IMG/VR virus record: IMGVR_UViG_3300046524_000154
Direction: 5' to 3' (one strand)
Origin: an uncultured virus (IMG/VR IMGVR_UViG_3300046524_000154)
Lineage: Duplodnaviria > Heunggongvirae > Uroviricota > Caudoviricetes
DNA: 64,000 nucleotides
Each line of letters opens with the position of its first letter. The first letter of the stretch is position 1. A program made the position numbers and the translations under genes. Positions 17,354 to 25,147 of this stretch are shown piece by piece. The notes beneath the pieces were generated by a model. It made no database searches and was not told the origin of the DNA. It saw only the letters and a list, made by a program, of their open reading frames with translations.

Positions 17354-17402
17354 TCCCCCGAATAGGGGATGTTTCTGGGTTCAAATCGCAGAATAAAGCG
17401 AA

Positions 17403-17431
17403 TTGACAAACAGACACATCCCCTTTAATCT
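17403..17431 (+). promoter_or_regulatory. sigma70-like promoter
   Basis: TTGACA (17403)-N17-TAATCT (17426) in an AT-rich intergenic gap after the ATCCCC/GGGGAT hairpin (17353-17370). Confidence 0.7.
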
Positions 17432-17450
17432 ATTAATCTGGAGTAAAGAG

Positions 17451-17810
17451 ATGCACCCCGAAATCAGGAAGTTCGAGATCGCGCTCAGTTTCACCCGCGA
17501 CCAGATCGAGGTGCTGAGAGCGATCGGCCAGAGCCCGTCACGAGCCAAGCTCGTACTGATGCCCGAAGCCACACGCAGCGGCAAACCGACCGGCAACATG
17601 ATTTACATCCACGCAGCATTCAAAACGCTGCGACGTATGGGTCTGACCCGAGCAAGTACAGAAAACCATCGTAACACCTGGCACCTGACGACCACAGGCG
17701 CACAGGTCTACGAGCAACTATTCAACTCCAGTCCCACCCTGGAAGAGAACGATGACAACGAACCCGAAGTTCGCGCCAAACGAGCGCGTGACGCTGGACG
17801 GCAGCGGTGA
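17451..17810 (+). CDS. putative winged-helix protein
   Basis: GGAG RBS; FTRDQIEVLRAI...AFKTLRRMGL...WHLTTTG.Q.Y resembles wHTH. Confidence 0.5.
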   Translation: MHPEIRKFEIALSFTRDQIEVLRAIGQSPSRAKLVLMPEATRSGKPTGNMIYIHAAFKTLRRMGLTRASTENHRNTWHLTTTGAQVYEQLFNSSPTLEENDDNEPEVRAKRARDAGRQR

Positions 17811-17928
17811 ACCCCAACCGCTGATCGTCAAGAAAATCCACCAATGGCCCGGCGCGGAGACGCGCTACACGGTCACAGCCGGCGACCGGGAATACACCCT
17901 TCCCGAGTCGCAGCTCCACAGCGTCTGA
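17752..17928 (+). CDS. small SH3-like protein (58 aa)
   Basis: MTTNPKFAPNERVTL...RYTV...LPESQL; PKFxxxxxV start similar to the TPQFEPGD modules; not in the ORF track. Confidence 0.55.
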   Translation: MTTNPKFAPNERVTLDGSGEPQPLIVKKIHQWPGAETRYTVTAGDREYTLPESQLHSV

Positions 17929-17969
17929 CGACGCGCCTTTTCTTTCGGAAGTTTCCGAAGGAGTCCAAA

Positions 17970-18467
17970 ATGGGTAACGACGCATACGAGCACGCCGCAC
18001 GTATTTGCGAAGGCGTCGTCGCGCAAAGTCGCAACTCGATCTTTCGCAGCGCAGCGAAGATCTGCGCCGCGCTGATCCGCGACGAGGCACAAAAACAAGC
18101 TGGAGGCAACGTGAAGCACACAGCAAGCGTCTACAACATCTGGTTCAGCGACGAAGGTCTGGCGACGATCATTCTGCCGAAGGATGCCGACGTCATCTTC
18201 GCTCGCGACTGCAGCATCGCCAATGGCTGCGAGATCCACGTGATAGAACACGCGGACGAAGTTCGGATGGACCCGCGAAAGTTTCATCTCGTGCGGCCTA
18301 ACGAGCCGATGCCGACGTGCGTTGGCAGCGGTGATCGGGTGTCGTCTTTCGTGCACTGTAGCGGCGAAGTCTGGCACATCTTCGCCGGCCAGTACGATCG
18401 CGGCGTCATGACCAAAGAGATGCCGGCGCAGCACCGCGCCATCACGAAGCTGCAGACCAACGATTAA
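17970..18467 (+). CDS. hypothetical protein
   Basis: Variant palindrome-AGGAG-ATG (MGNDAYE...). Confidence 0.7.
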   Translation: MGNDAYEHAARICEGVVAQSRNSIFRSAAKICAALIRDEAQKQAGGNVKHTASVYNIWFSDEGLATIILPKDADVIFARDCSIANGCEIHVIEHADEVRMDPRKFHLVRPNEPMPTCVGSGDRVSSFVHCSGEVWHIFAGQYDRGVMTKEMPAQHRAITKLQTND

Positions 18468-18532
18468 TTAGGGTCCGAACGGAAGTTCGGGACAGTCAAA
18501 AATTTTTTCGGAGATTTCCGAAGGTGACCATC

Positions 18533-19012
18533 ATGCGCAGAAACAGACCCCTCGTCGAACACTGGCGCGCGCTGCTTGAGAAGCGCGACGCTGCAGAGCA
18601 TCCCGCACTTTCGCTGAAGCAGTGGCGCGCTCAAGTCGCCAGCGACCTCACGCGCCACGGGTACCACCACAGCATCGCGCTGAGCATCTACATGAAGCAC
18701 GTCGCGACGCCGCTGCCGCCCGTGCTCGTGCAGTTCAAGCCGAAGGGCAAGTGGACCGCAGCGTCGAAAGAGGCCGTGATCCAGTCGTTCACCGACAACC
18801 ACGTGCAGTACGACAAGGACATGCACGGGCCGCTGTGGTTCGTGATGGCGCACTGCTTCGAGAACCTGATCCCGTTCGTGCTGATCAAGCTGGGCGACGA
18901 GTACGCGGTGGCCGAGGATTCGGAGCAGCTGCGCGCTGAGTTGAAAGACGCCAGTGCCGAGGTGCTGTACGAAGGCAGCGGTGCGGACATTCCACGCTAT
19001 ACGGATCTGTGA
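18533..19012 (+). CDS. hypothetical protein
   Basis: Variant palindrome-AGGTG-ATG. Confidence 0.7.
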   Translation: MRRNRPLVEHWRALLEKRDAAEHPALSLKQWRAQVASDLTRHGYHHSIALSIYMKHVATPLPPVLVQFKPKGKWTAASKEAVIQSFTDNHVQYDKDMHGPLWFVMAHCFENLIPFVLIKLGDEYAVAEDSEQLRAELKDASAEVLYEGSGADIPRYTDL

Positions 19013-19019
19013 GGTTGCG

Positions 19020-19463
19020 ATGAGCGAACAACAGACGGAGTCAGCGGTAGAGCTTCTGCGACGGCTCAAACGCGACCTCATGCATACGCGCCGCTTCGGC
19101 GACAACACGATGGCGTCATACCGCCGCGCGTGTTCATCGGCAGAGGGCGATATCGAAGAGTGGCTGAAAGCCCGCGCTGAGACGGTCCCGCACATCGGCC
19201 AGCCTGTTCAGCACTACATCGGCGGTCGAATGGTGCAGCACGTTGAGACGCCGCCCGGCATGGAGGTGAAGGTCGTAAGCGAGGGTTTAGGTGTGTCGAA
19301 AGTAGTAGTCAACTACCTACCAGTCCCGGAGAGGCTACCTGGAGAAAAGTTCAGCGACTGGGCCAAGCGCACTTACGCACTGCAGACAGCGCCGCGCTGC
19401 CCCGAAGGCGGCGAGTGCACGGGCAATTGCGACCACTGCCGAACCGGAAACGACCATGCCTAA
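19020..19463 (+). CDS. hypothetical protein with C-terminal Cys cluster
   Basis: GAGG RBS; CPEGGECTGNCDHC. Confidence 0.65.
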   Translation: MSEQQTESAVELLRRLKRDLMHTRRFGDNTMASYRRACSSAEGDIEEWLKARAETVPHIGQPVQHYIGGRMVQHVETPPGMEVKVVSEGLGVSKVVVNYLPVPERLPGEKFSDWAKRTYALQTAPRCPEGGECTGNCDHCRTGNDHA

Positions 19464-19917
19464 CGCACCCCACTACCACCAGCAGGCTGCGATGGCCGAC
19501 CTGATGTCTCGCGAGCTGCACAAAGGCATGATGACGACCATCACCGGCCGCGTCATCGACAGCGGCCCGGATTGGGTGATGATCCAGCAGGACAGACTCG
19601 TCGAGCCGCCCCTCGAAGATCACGTGCTTGACGTGGACTTCGCAGCGCTGGAGCGACGCATCTACGACTTCGAGTGCTTCGGCTTCAACGAAGCCCCGGC
19701 CATCCGCTATCTGGACTTGTTCACTCCGGTCGAGCCGAGCCTGCCGCAGGAAGTAATCGACAGCCGGCCGAAGCCAATGACGATTCTCATGGAGATCAAC
19801 CGTGTTAGTTACGCCGGTGATAGTGAACAGGCCGAACCGTGGCGTGGGCGTGTGCGAACAGCACGAGATCCAATCGATCCGGTACGTGGTCGAGGGCCAC
19901 GACGCGAGCGTTGGTGA
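19456..19917 (+). CDS. hypothetical protein
   Basis: Coupled ORF; contains DVDFAALERRI. Confidence 0.55.
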   Translation: MPNAPHYHQQAAMADLMSRELHKGMMTTITGRVIDSGPDWVMIQQDRLVEPPLEDHVLDVDFAALERRIYDFECFGFNEAPAIRYLDLFTPVEPSLPQEVIDSRPKPMTILMEINRVSYAGDSEQAEPWRGRVRTARDPIDPVRGRGPRRERW

Positions 19918-19989
19918 GCCGCTGACGCTCAAGCAGGTCTACGCACTCGCGGCCAAGCGCGGCGAGAAGATTGAATTCGCGGAGGTGAA

Positions 19990-20226
19990 GTGATGGAACG
20001 TTTCGGATGGATTATCCGGCGGGTATTCAGCGAAGGGCGGCCGCAGTACCTCAGCTCGATCTGCATGCCCCTGGAAGGCAGGACCGTGTTCGGGTTCGCC
20101 AACAGCAGGCACAACGCGGAGCTGCTCGACACGGCGATGATGGACGCCGTGATGCGCAAGCTGCACGAGAAGCATCCGGGCTGGAAGTTCGAACCTGTTG
20201 AGTTGTTCTGGAGTGAAAGCAAATGA
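19990..20226 (+). CDS. hypothetical protein
   Basis: GGAGG RBS. Confidence 0.65.
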   Translation: MMERFGWIIRRVFSEGRPQYLSSICMPLEGRTVFGFANSRHNAELLDTAMMDAVMRKLHEKHPGWKFEPVELFWSESK

Positions 20227-20894
20227 GAGCAGTCGAAGAACCCACCATCGAGAAGTCGAGCAGCGGGCACAGAGACTACACAGTGCACCATCCCGCGTAC
20301 GCGCAGATCAGTGCGAACCGGGTTAGTGGCGGCAAAGTTCTGTACGGCTCGGACTTCCAGCACCAGAACTACGTCACGGTCAAAATCACGAAGTCGGAGT
20401 TGCATCGAAACCTCTCCAACGACAGCGCATTCGGCAGCAGCCGACCCTACATCGAGGTCGCGATGTCCGAGGCGCAGTGGGCCGAGTTCGTGAGCAGCAT
20501 GAACGTCGGCTTCGGCGTCCAGTGCACGCTGCAGTACAAGGACGGCAAGGAGATCCCCGGCATCCCGAACGTAGCGAACCAGCGCGAGACGTTCAAGGAA
20601 GAGGCCGCGCAGCGTGCGGACCACGCGCTGAAGACGCTGGCTGAGCTGCGCGAGAAGATCGACGCACTCGGCATCAGCGAGAAGGCGAAGAAGAGCCTGC
20701 GCGGCCACGTCAATTCGGCTGAAGCGCAGCTGACCAGCTCGATGCCCTTCGTGCTCGAACAGTTCGCCGAGCACATGGAGCGCACCGTCCAGAAAGCGAA
20801 GATCGAGATCAGCGCTTACACCACACACGCCATCATGCGCGCCGGCCTCGACGCGCTCGACGGCAAACCAATTCTCGGCGCATTGCCGGAATAA
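20223..20894 (+). CDS. conserved phage hypothetical protein
   Basis: HPAYAQI.A.RVSG...LYGSDF.H...EV.MSEAQWA.FVSSMN.G.GV.CT motifs. Confidence 0.85.
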   Translation: MRAVEEPTIEKSSSGHRDYTVHHPAYAQISANRVSGGKVLYGSDFQHQNYVTVKITKSELHRNLSNDSAFGSSRPYIEVAMSEAQWAEFVSSMNVGFGVQCTLQYKDGKEIPGIPNVANQRETFKEEAAQRADHALKTLAELREKIDALGISEKAKKSLRGHVNSAEAQLTSSMPFVLEQFAEHMERTVQKAKIEISAYTTHAIMRAGLDALDGKPILGALPE

Positions 20895-20927
20895 AACCAC
20901 TTCCTTACCCACCCAAGGAGCAGCAAC

Positions 20928-21554
20928 ATGGACTTGAATACCTACCAGGCACTCTCGCAAAACACTGAGAAAAAGTACGACACGAGCAAGCGCCTGAAGC
21001 ATGCCGGCGTCGGCATGGTCACCGAGATCGGCGAGTTCGCCACGCAGGTGAAGCGCATCTCGATCTACGAGAAAGACATCGCGGACATCAAGGAAGGCAA
21101 GAGCCTGCGCGATCACATGCTCGAAGAGCTGGGCGACCTAGGCTTTTACCTCGTGATCCCGTTCAACGCGCTGAACCTGATCGCGAAGATGCCGGAATCG
21201 AGCTGGATGGCGCTGCTAATGGAGCAGAGGGGTCTCGATAGCGACGTCAACGCGCTGTCGATCGACGATCGCGAAGACATGCTGCTCGAAGTTACATTCC
21301 AGATGGCGATCGAGGCGTCGCGATACCTGCAGAACTTCGACGTCGCTCACGGCATGGCGATCCCGTGCGTGGTGTCGCTGCTCGGCCTGCTCGATGACGC
21401 AGCGCGTCTGCTCGGTACCCGCAGCGAAGAGATATTCGACGCGAACGTCGAGAAGCTGCAAGGTGCGAAGGGTCGGTACGGTTCGAACGGCTTCAGCAAT
21501 GAAGCTGCGGAAGCGCGGGCAGACAAGGGCGGCGCCGACGCGCGCAGTAGCTAA
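20928..21554 (+). CDS. MazG-like nucleotide pyrophosphohydrolase
   Basis: YQ..S..T...H...GM.TE.GE....K....EELGD..Y...N.EKL..RY motif set. Confidence 0.8.
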   Translation: MDLNTYQALSQNTEKKYDTSKRLKHAGVGMVTEIGEFATQVKRISIYEKDIADIKEGKSLRDHMLEELGDLGFYLVIPFNALNLIAKMPESSWMALLMEQRGLDSDVNALSIDDREDMLLEVTFQMAIEASRYLQNFDVAHGMAIPCVVSLLGLLDDAARLLGTRSEEIFDANVEKLQGAKGRYGSNGFSNEAAEARADKGGADARSS

Positions 21555-21564
21555 GGAGAACAGT

Positions 21565-21963
21565 ATGCTGAAGTGGTACGACGTGGCCGATGTGTATCGC
21601 GACAAGGAGATGCGCGACACGATCGGCAGTTATCGCGGTCGCATCGCGCACACCCACGCGAGGTACGCACGCACGCTGCAGCTGCCCAATTCGAAGGCCG
21701 GGCGGCCGAGGCTCGTGACAGTGCTGACCGAGGACGGCGTGCGCTCCCTGTATGAGGACGGCGAGATGCCCAACATCCAGCCGTACCCGGTGCCGGTGCG
21801 CCTGACCGACGCGGCGCGCGCGTACATCGTAGAGGGCAGCCTCTACACGACCAGCGGCCTCGAAGAACCTCCGCGCACGCTGTCGCGCGAAGCCTTCATC
21901 GACTTCATACAGGGCTGCGACGCGGCCGGCGATCTGTACGAAGGCGATTTCATTCCATTGTAG
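21565..21963 (+). CDS. hypothetical protein
   Basis: AAGGAG RBS, MLKWYDV... Confidence 0.75.
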   Translation: MLKWYDVADVYRDKEMRDTIGSYRGRIAHTHARYARTLQLPNSKAGRPRLVTVLTEDGVRSLYEDGEMPNIQPYPVPVRLTDAARAYIVEGSLYTTSGLEEPPRTLSREAFIDFIQGCDAAGDLYEGDFIPL

Positions 21964-21971
21964 GAAGCAAG

Positions 21972-22559
21972 ATGCAAAACAAACAGATGGCCGCGCAGGT
22001 GTACGACCTCGCGCAGCGCGTGATCTTCGACCCGGACACCGGCAACGTGTTCAGCTCGTTCAACAAGCACATCATGCCGCTCGGCAACATCCGCACGGGG
22101 CAGATCTACCTGTACCGGCAGTATCCGCTGAGCCCGGAAGGCCAGATCGACATGCCGGCCGAGCACGCCAGCGGCTGGACGGTGACCGTGCCCGAGGCAG
22201 ACCTCGAAGTGAAGCTCGGATACATCCAGCAAATGGCGATGTACCTGAACATGGGCTACCAGACGAACGCGGCAGCTGCGAAGACTGTGACGCTCGGCGA
22301 CACGCTGACGATGATCACCGACGCAGTGATCCCGAGCCTCGCCGAGCAGAACGCAACGGCCATGCACCTCGTAATGATGGCAGCGCAGACGCTGCTGGAG
22401 TATCGGCAGGGGATGGCTGGTGTGTTCGAACTGAACCGCGAGCTGGAGCGCATCACCGGCTTCGTCTCGACGATGCCTGAAGCGTTCGTCACCGCGCCGA
22501 TCAAGTGGCAGCAGCCGGGCAGCCCGCTGCTCGGTTCAGACGGCAAGGTATTGCAATGA
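21972..22559 (+). CDS. hypothetical protein
   Basis: AGGA RBS, GC3-biased ORF. Confidence 0.75.
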   Translation: MQNKQMAAQVYDLAQRVIFDPDTGNVFSSFNKHIMPLGNIRTGQIYLYRQYPLSPEGQIDMPAEHASGWTVTVPEADLEVKLGYIQQMAMYLNMGYQTNAAAAKTVTLGDTLTMITDAVIPSLAEQNATAMHLVMMAAQTLLEYRQGMAGVFELNRELERITGFVSTMPEAFVTAPIKWQQPGSPLLGSDGKVLQ

Positions 22560-22963
22560 GAAAGAGCGCCCATCGCCGCGTGCGGCTCAAGCGCGTGCCG
22601 GTGACGGGCGCGCTTCTCTCCGAGCTGCGCCAGGTCATGCACACGCAGTACGTTGTGCTGCAGACGAAGTTCGCCACGCTGGACAACGTTCAGATGCTTC
22701 GGGACATGTTCGACACGGTGGGCTTCACGATCGAGGGCGACGAACGCTTCAGCGAGCACATGGTGATCCTGAACTCAGGGTTCCGTGCACTGAAGCAGGT
22801 CGCCGAGAAGGGAGCGCCCGTACTCACGACCGAGGATGAGCGCACGCCGGTTTTGAACGCCATCAACGTCATTGATGGCATACTGCCGCGCCTGGACGGA
22901 ACGAAGCTGTATCTCGCGAACGTCAAGGTCAACGAACTGAAACTCGTAGCGGCCGAGCAGTAA
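22556..22963 (+). CDS. hypothetical protein
   Basis: ATGA-coupled ORF, MRKSAHRR... Confidence 0.7.
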   Translation: MRKSAHRRVRLKRVPVTGALLSELRQVMHTQYVVLQTKFATLDNVQMLRDMFDTVGFTIEGDERFSEHMVILNSGFRALKQVAEKGAPVLTTEDERTPVLNAINVIDGILPRLDGTKLYLANVKVNELKLVAAEQ

Positions 22964-22992
22964 AAGAAAAGGCCGGATCTCTCGATCCGGCC
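22962..22992. terminator. terminator-like hairpin
   Basis: GGCCGGATC-TCTC-GATCCGGCC with an upstream A tract. Confidence 0.55.
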
Positions 22993-23028
22993 CCTGTCTC
23001 TTGCGTCATTACCCCTAAGGAGTCCCAC

Positions 23029-23814
23029 ATGCCCCAGCAACGACGCACCAGCATTCTAACGCACGTCGGTCAGATCGTGCAGAACATCATCGTTGAGCGC
23101 TACGCCAAGGTGATCAAGGAGCACACCAGGAAAGTCCGCGCACTCGAAGAGCGCCACGTCGCGCAGCACTTCGACGCTGAGGCGCAGGAGGTCTATAAAA
23201 CGCGGCCGAACATCGCGGCCACGATGAACTACACGGCGTGGTCGCTGCAGTGGTTGGCGCCCGAGGATGTATCGAAAGAGCACACCGACCGCATCAGCGC
23301 TGCGGCGAAGCTGATGAACGCGAGCGCGCGCGGGAAGAGTGCGTTCAAGCTGATCGACAAGCTGCAGCGGGCTGCGGTCGATGGCCGAGACTTCAAGAAT
23401 TTCGCCCCGGTGTTTATCACGTCAACTGATACACGCAGGGTAGGGCCGATGCAGGAGAGCGGGTACAACACTTACACGCGCGTTGGCCCAAACCGCCACC
23501 ACGAACTGTTCCTACAGCCCAGGTCGGCGTGGAAGAAAGGTACCGAGTACGGCGCCGCCACGATCTTCGTACCTGACTCGGAGTGGTTGAAAGCCGTCGA
23601 TCTGCAAGTCAGGCTACTGGAGATCCAGGCCGAGCAGATCGTCGTCTCACGCGAACTGATCGAGGCGTTCGTGCAGCGCAAGACGATCGAGCGGTTCATT
23701 GAGGACTTCCCCGATCTGGCGAAGCACGTGCCGCACATCCCCGAACCCGTGCGCGCGCTGATCGTGCCGGCGAGCGCCGTGCTCGCGCGACTCGAAGCAG
23801 TACCTGCGGAGTGA
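23029..23814 (+). CDS. hypothetical protein (C-terminus weakly Nmad5-like)
   Basis: TAAGGAG RBS; KTIERFIEDFPDLAKHVP...ALIVP resembles the T..kl.e.wPe..P motif. Confidence 0.6.
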   Translation: MPQQRRTSILTHVGQIVQNIIVERYAKVIKEHTRKVRALEERHVAQHFDAEAQEVYKTRPNIAATMNYTAWSLQWLAPEDVSKEHTDRISAAAKLMNASARGKSAFKLIDKLQRAAVDGRDFKNFAPVFITSTDTRRVGPMQESGYNTYTRVGPNRHHELFLQPRSAWKKGTEYGAATIFVPDSEWLKAVDLQVRLLEIQAEQIVVSRELIEAFVQRKTIERFIEDFPDLAKHVPHIPEPVRALIVPASAVLARLEAVPAE

Positions 23815-23817
23815 TTC

Positions 23818-24633
23818 ATGGAGACGATTGAGTTCACTTACGTGGTGAACGGTCAGGCACGATCGCTGCCTGTGATCGTCTCGGAAGGCCGTATCGTCGT
23901 GCGCAACATCGCGGACCTGCTCGGCGTCTACACACCGCGCGCGTTCAAGCGGCTGCCGGTCGACTACGGCGCCGTGCCGGTCAAGGGCTACCGCACGAAC
24001 GCAGCGCTCGCACTGCTGCCGGCCGACATGGATCGCTGGTTGACTGCGCACGTAAGGGCCGACAACGAGCTGCACGTTCACGTCGCCACGAACCTGATGG
24101 CGTCGATCCGCGAGAAGAGTCTGGATCTGCGCGTGGTCGACGCGGTCAAAGCAGCCGAGCAGGCGAAGCGCAACGCTGAAGTGACGATCATCGGCCACGC
24201 GCTGGAGTCGCCCGACGTGTTCCGCCAGCAGGCCACGCGCGGCGGCGTTCAGAACTGGCTGCCACCCGCGCTGATCGACGGGGCTGTGCGACGGCGCCGG
24301 ATCGATACGTTCCGCGTCGTCGAGAACCTGTGGACCGAGCAGAAGGAGATCGTGCACGTCGAGATGACGATCGCACCGGGCGCGAGCCTGACGGAGTTCA
24401 GCAGGCTGCACGCGAGCGGCGAGCTGATGACCGGCCCTGAGATGCAGGCGAAGTTCCCGTTATCTCCGCTATTGAAACGCCACACCATCGCGGAGCATTA
24501 CTTCGCGGCAGCCGACGACGACAGCGATGTCGCGCACGGCAAGGTCGTGCTGATCCCAGCGCAGCCGTCGCGCTTCGCGTGGGAAAAAGATATGGCATCT
24601 GTACCCCAACCTAAAGGAGCCAAACGATGCTGA
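23818..24633 (+). CDS. hypothetical protein, N-terminus antirepressor/BRO-like
   Basis: EFTY.VNG..RSLPVIVSEGRIVVRNIADLLGV. Confidence 0.55.
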   Translation: METIEFTYVVNGQARSLPVIVSEGRIVVRNIADLLGVYTPRAFKRLPVDYGAVPVKGYRTNAALALLPADMDRWLTAHVRADNELHVHVATNLMASIREKSLDLRVVDAVKAAEQAKRNAEVTIIGHALESPDVFRQQATRGGVQNWLPPALIDGAVRRRRIDTFRVVENLWTEQKEIVHVEMTIAPGASLTEFSRLHASGELMTGPEMQAKFPLSPLLKRHTIAEHYFAAADDDSDVAHGKVVLIPAQPSRFAWEKDMASVPQPKGAKRC

Positions 24634-25103
24634 GCTACCTGAAGTACCCGATACAGCGGTCGTTCCTGTACGGTGTCCAGTCGGACCCGATCATGGAGCG
24701 CATCGCACGCCGTTCGCAGGCTGTGTTCAACATCATCGCAGTGCTGGACCCGCAGGTCCACGACTGGGATGTCGAATACCGCATCGCGTCGAAGAACCCT
24801 GGCGCGATGGAGCAGCGCGCGAACTTCACGCCGCTGTTTATGGGCGTGTTCAACAACCTCGGGTTCCACGCGTCGATGCGCGGTTCGCAGGCGCTCGGCG
24901 AGAGTACCCCGATCACGCTAGGTGACGCAGCGCTGAAGCTACCACCTCTCACGCTGCACGCGTTGATGCTCAACGATCCCACCCTTGCGACAGCGCCGTT
25001 CTTCGCCTCGCGCATGGTCACGATGCACCTGAAGATGCCAGAGGTGCTGACCGGCCTGCTGCGAGCGCACGATGCACTTCACGAGGTGAAGGAGCCGGCG
25101 TAA
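24627..25103 (+). CDS. hypothetical protein
   Basis: AAGGAG RBS. Confidence 0.7.
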   Translation: MLSYLKYPIQRSFLYGVQSDPIMERIARRSQAVFNIIAVLDPQVHDWDVEYRIASKNPGAMEQRANFTPLFMGVFNNLGFHASMRGSQALGESTPITLGDAALKLPPLTLHALMLNDPTLATAPFFASRMVTMHLKMPEVLTGLLRAHDALHEVKEPA

Positions 25104-25147
25104 CATCAGGGCAGCGCTTAGACCGACGCTGCCCGTTGAGAAATATC

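Larger units (their letters stand above)
317..18521. repeat. Dispersed 14-bp palindrome TCGGAAATTTCCGA (33 copies), usually fused to an AGGAG RBS
   Basis: Exact cores start at 317, 408, 608, 662, 1223, 1790, 2569, 3111, 4145, 4650, 4980, 5570, 5951, 6119, 6453, 7519, 8078, 8419, 9088, 9806, 10462, 10965, 11424, 12387, 12629, 13161, 14049 and 15948. One-mismatch copies start at 4433, 8704, 15050, 17945 and 18508. Counted by eye. Confidence 0.97.

Noticed and set aside
317..18521. Palindrome array as a CRISPR array
   Set aside because: The repeat is only 14 bp, the intervals are 40-2000 bp and contain whole genes, and there are no cas genes in the window.
317..18521. GGAAATTTCC as a eukaryotic NF-kB site, or the 16-mer as parS
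   Set aside because: The context is plainly bacteriophage, with the motif tied to Shine-Dalgarno sites. It does not match parS consensus sequences I know, and no ParA/ParB is visible in the window.
19802..19993. Possible 63-aa ORF overlapping 19456..19917
   Set aside because: It overlaps by more than 100 nt and has no clear RBS. It could be real or reflect a frameshift, but I cannot support either.
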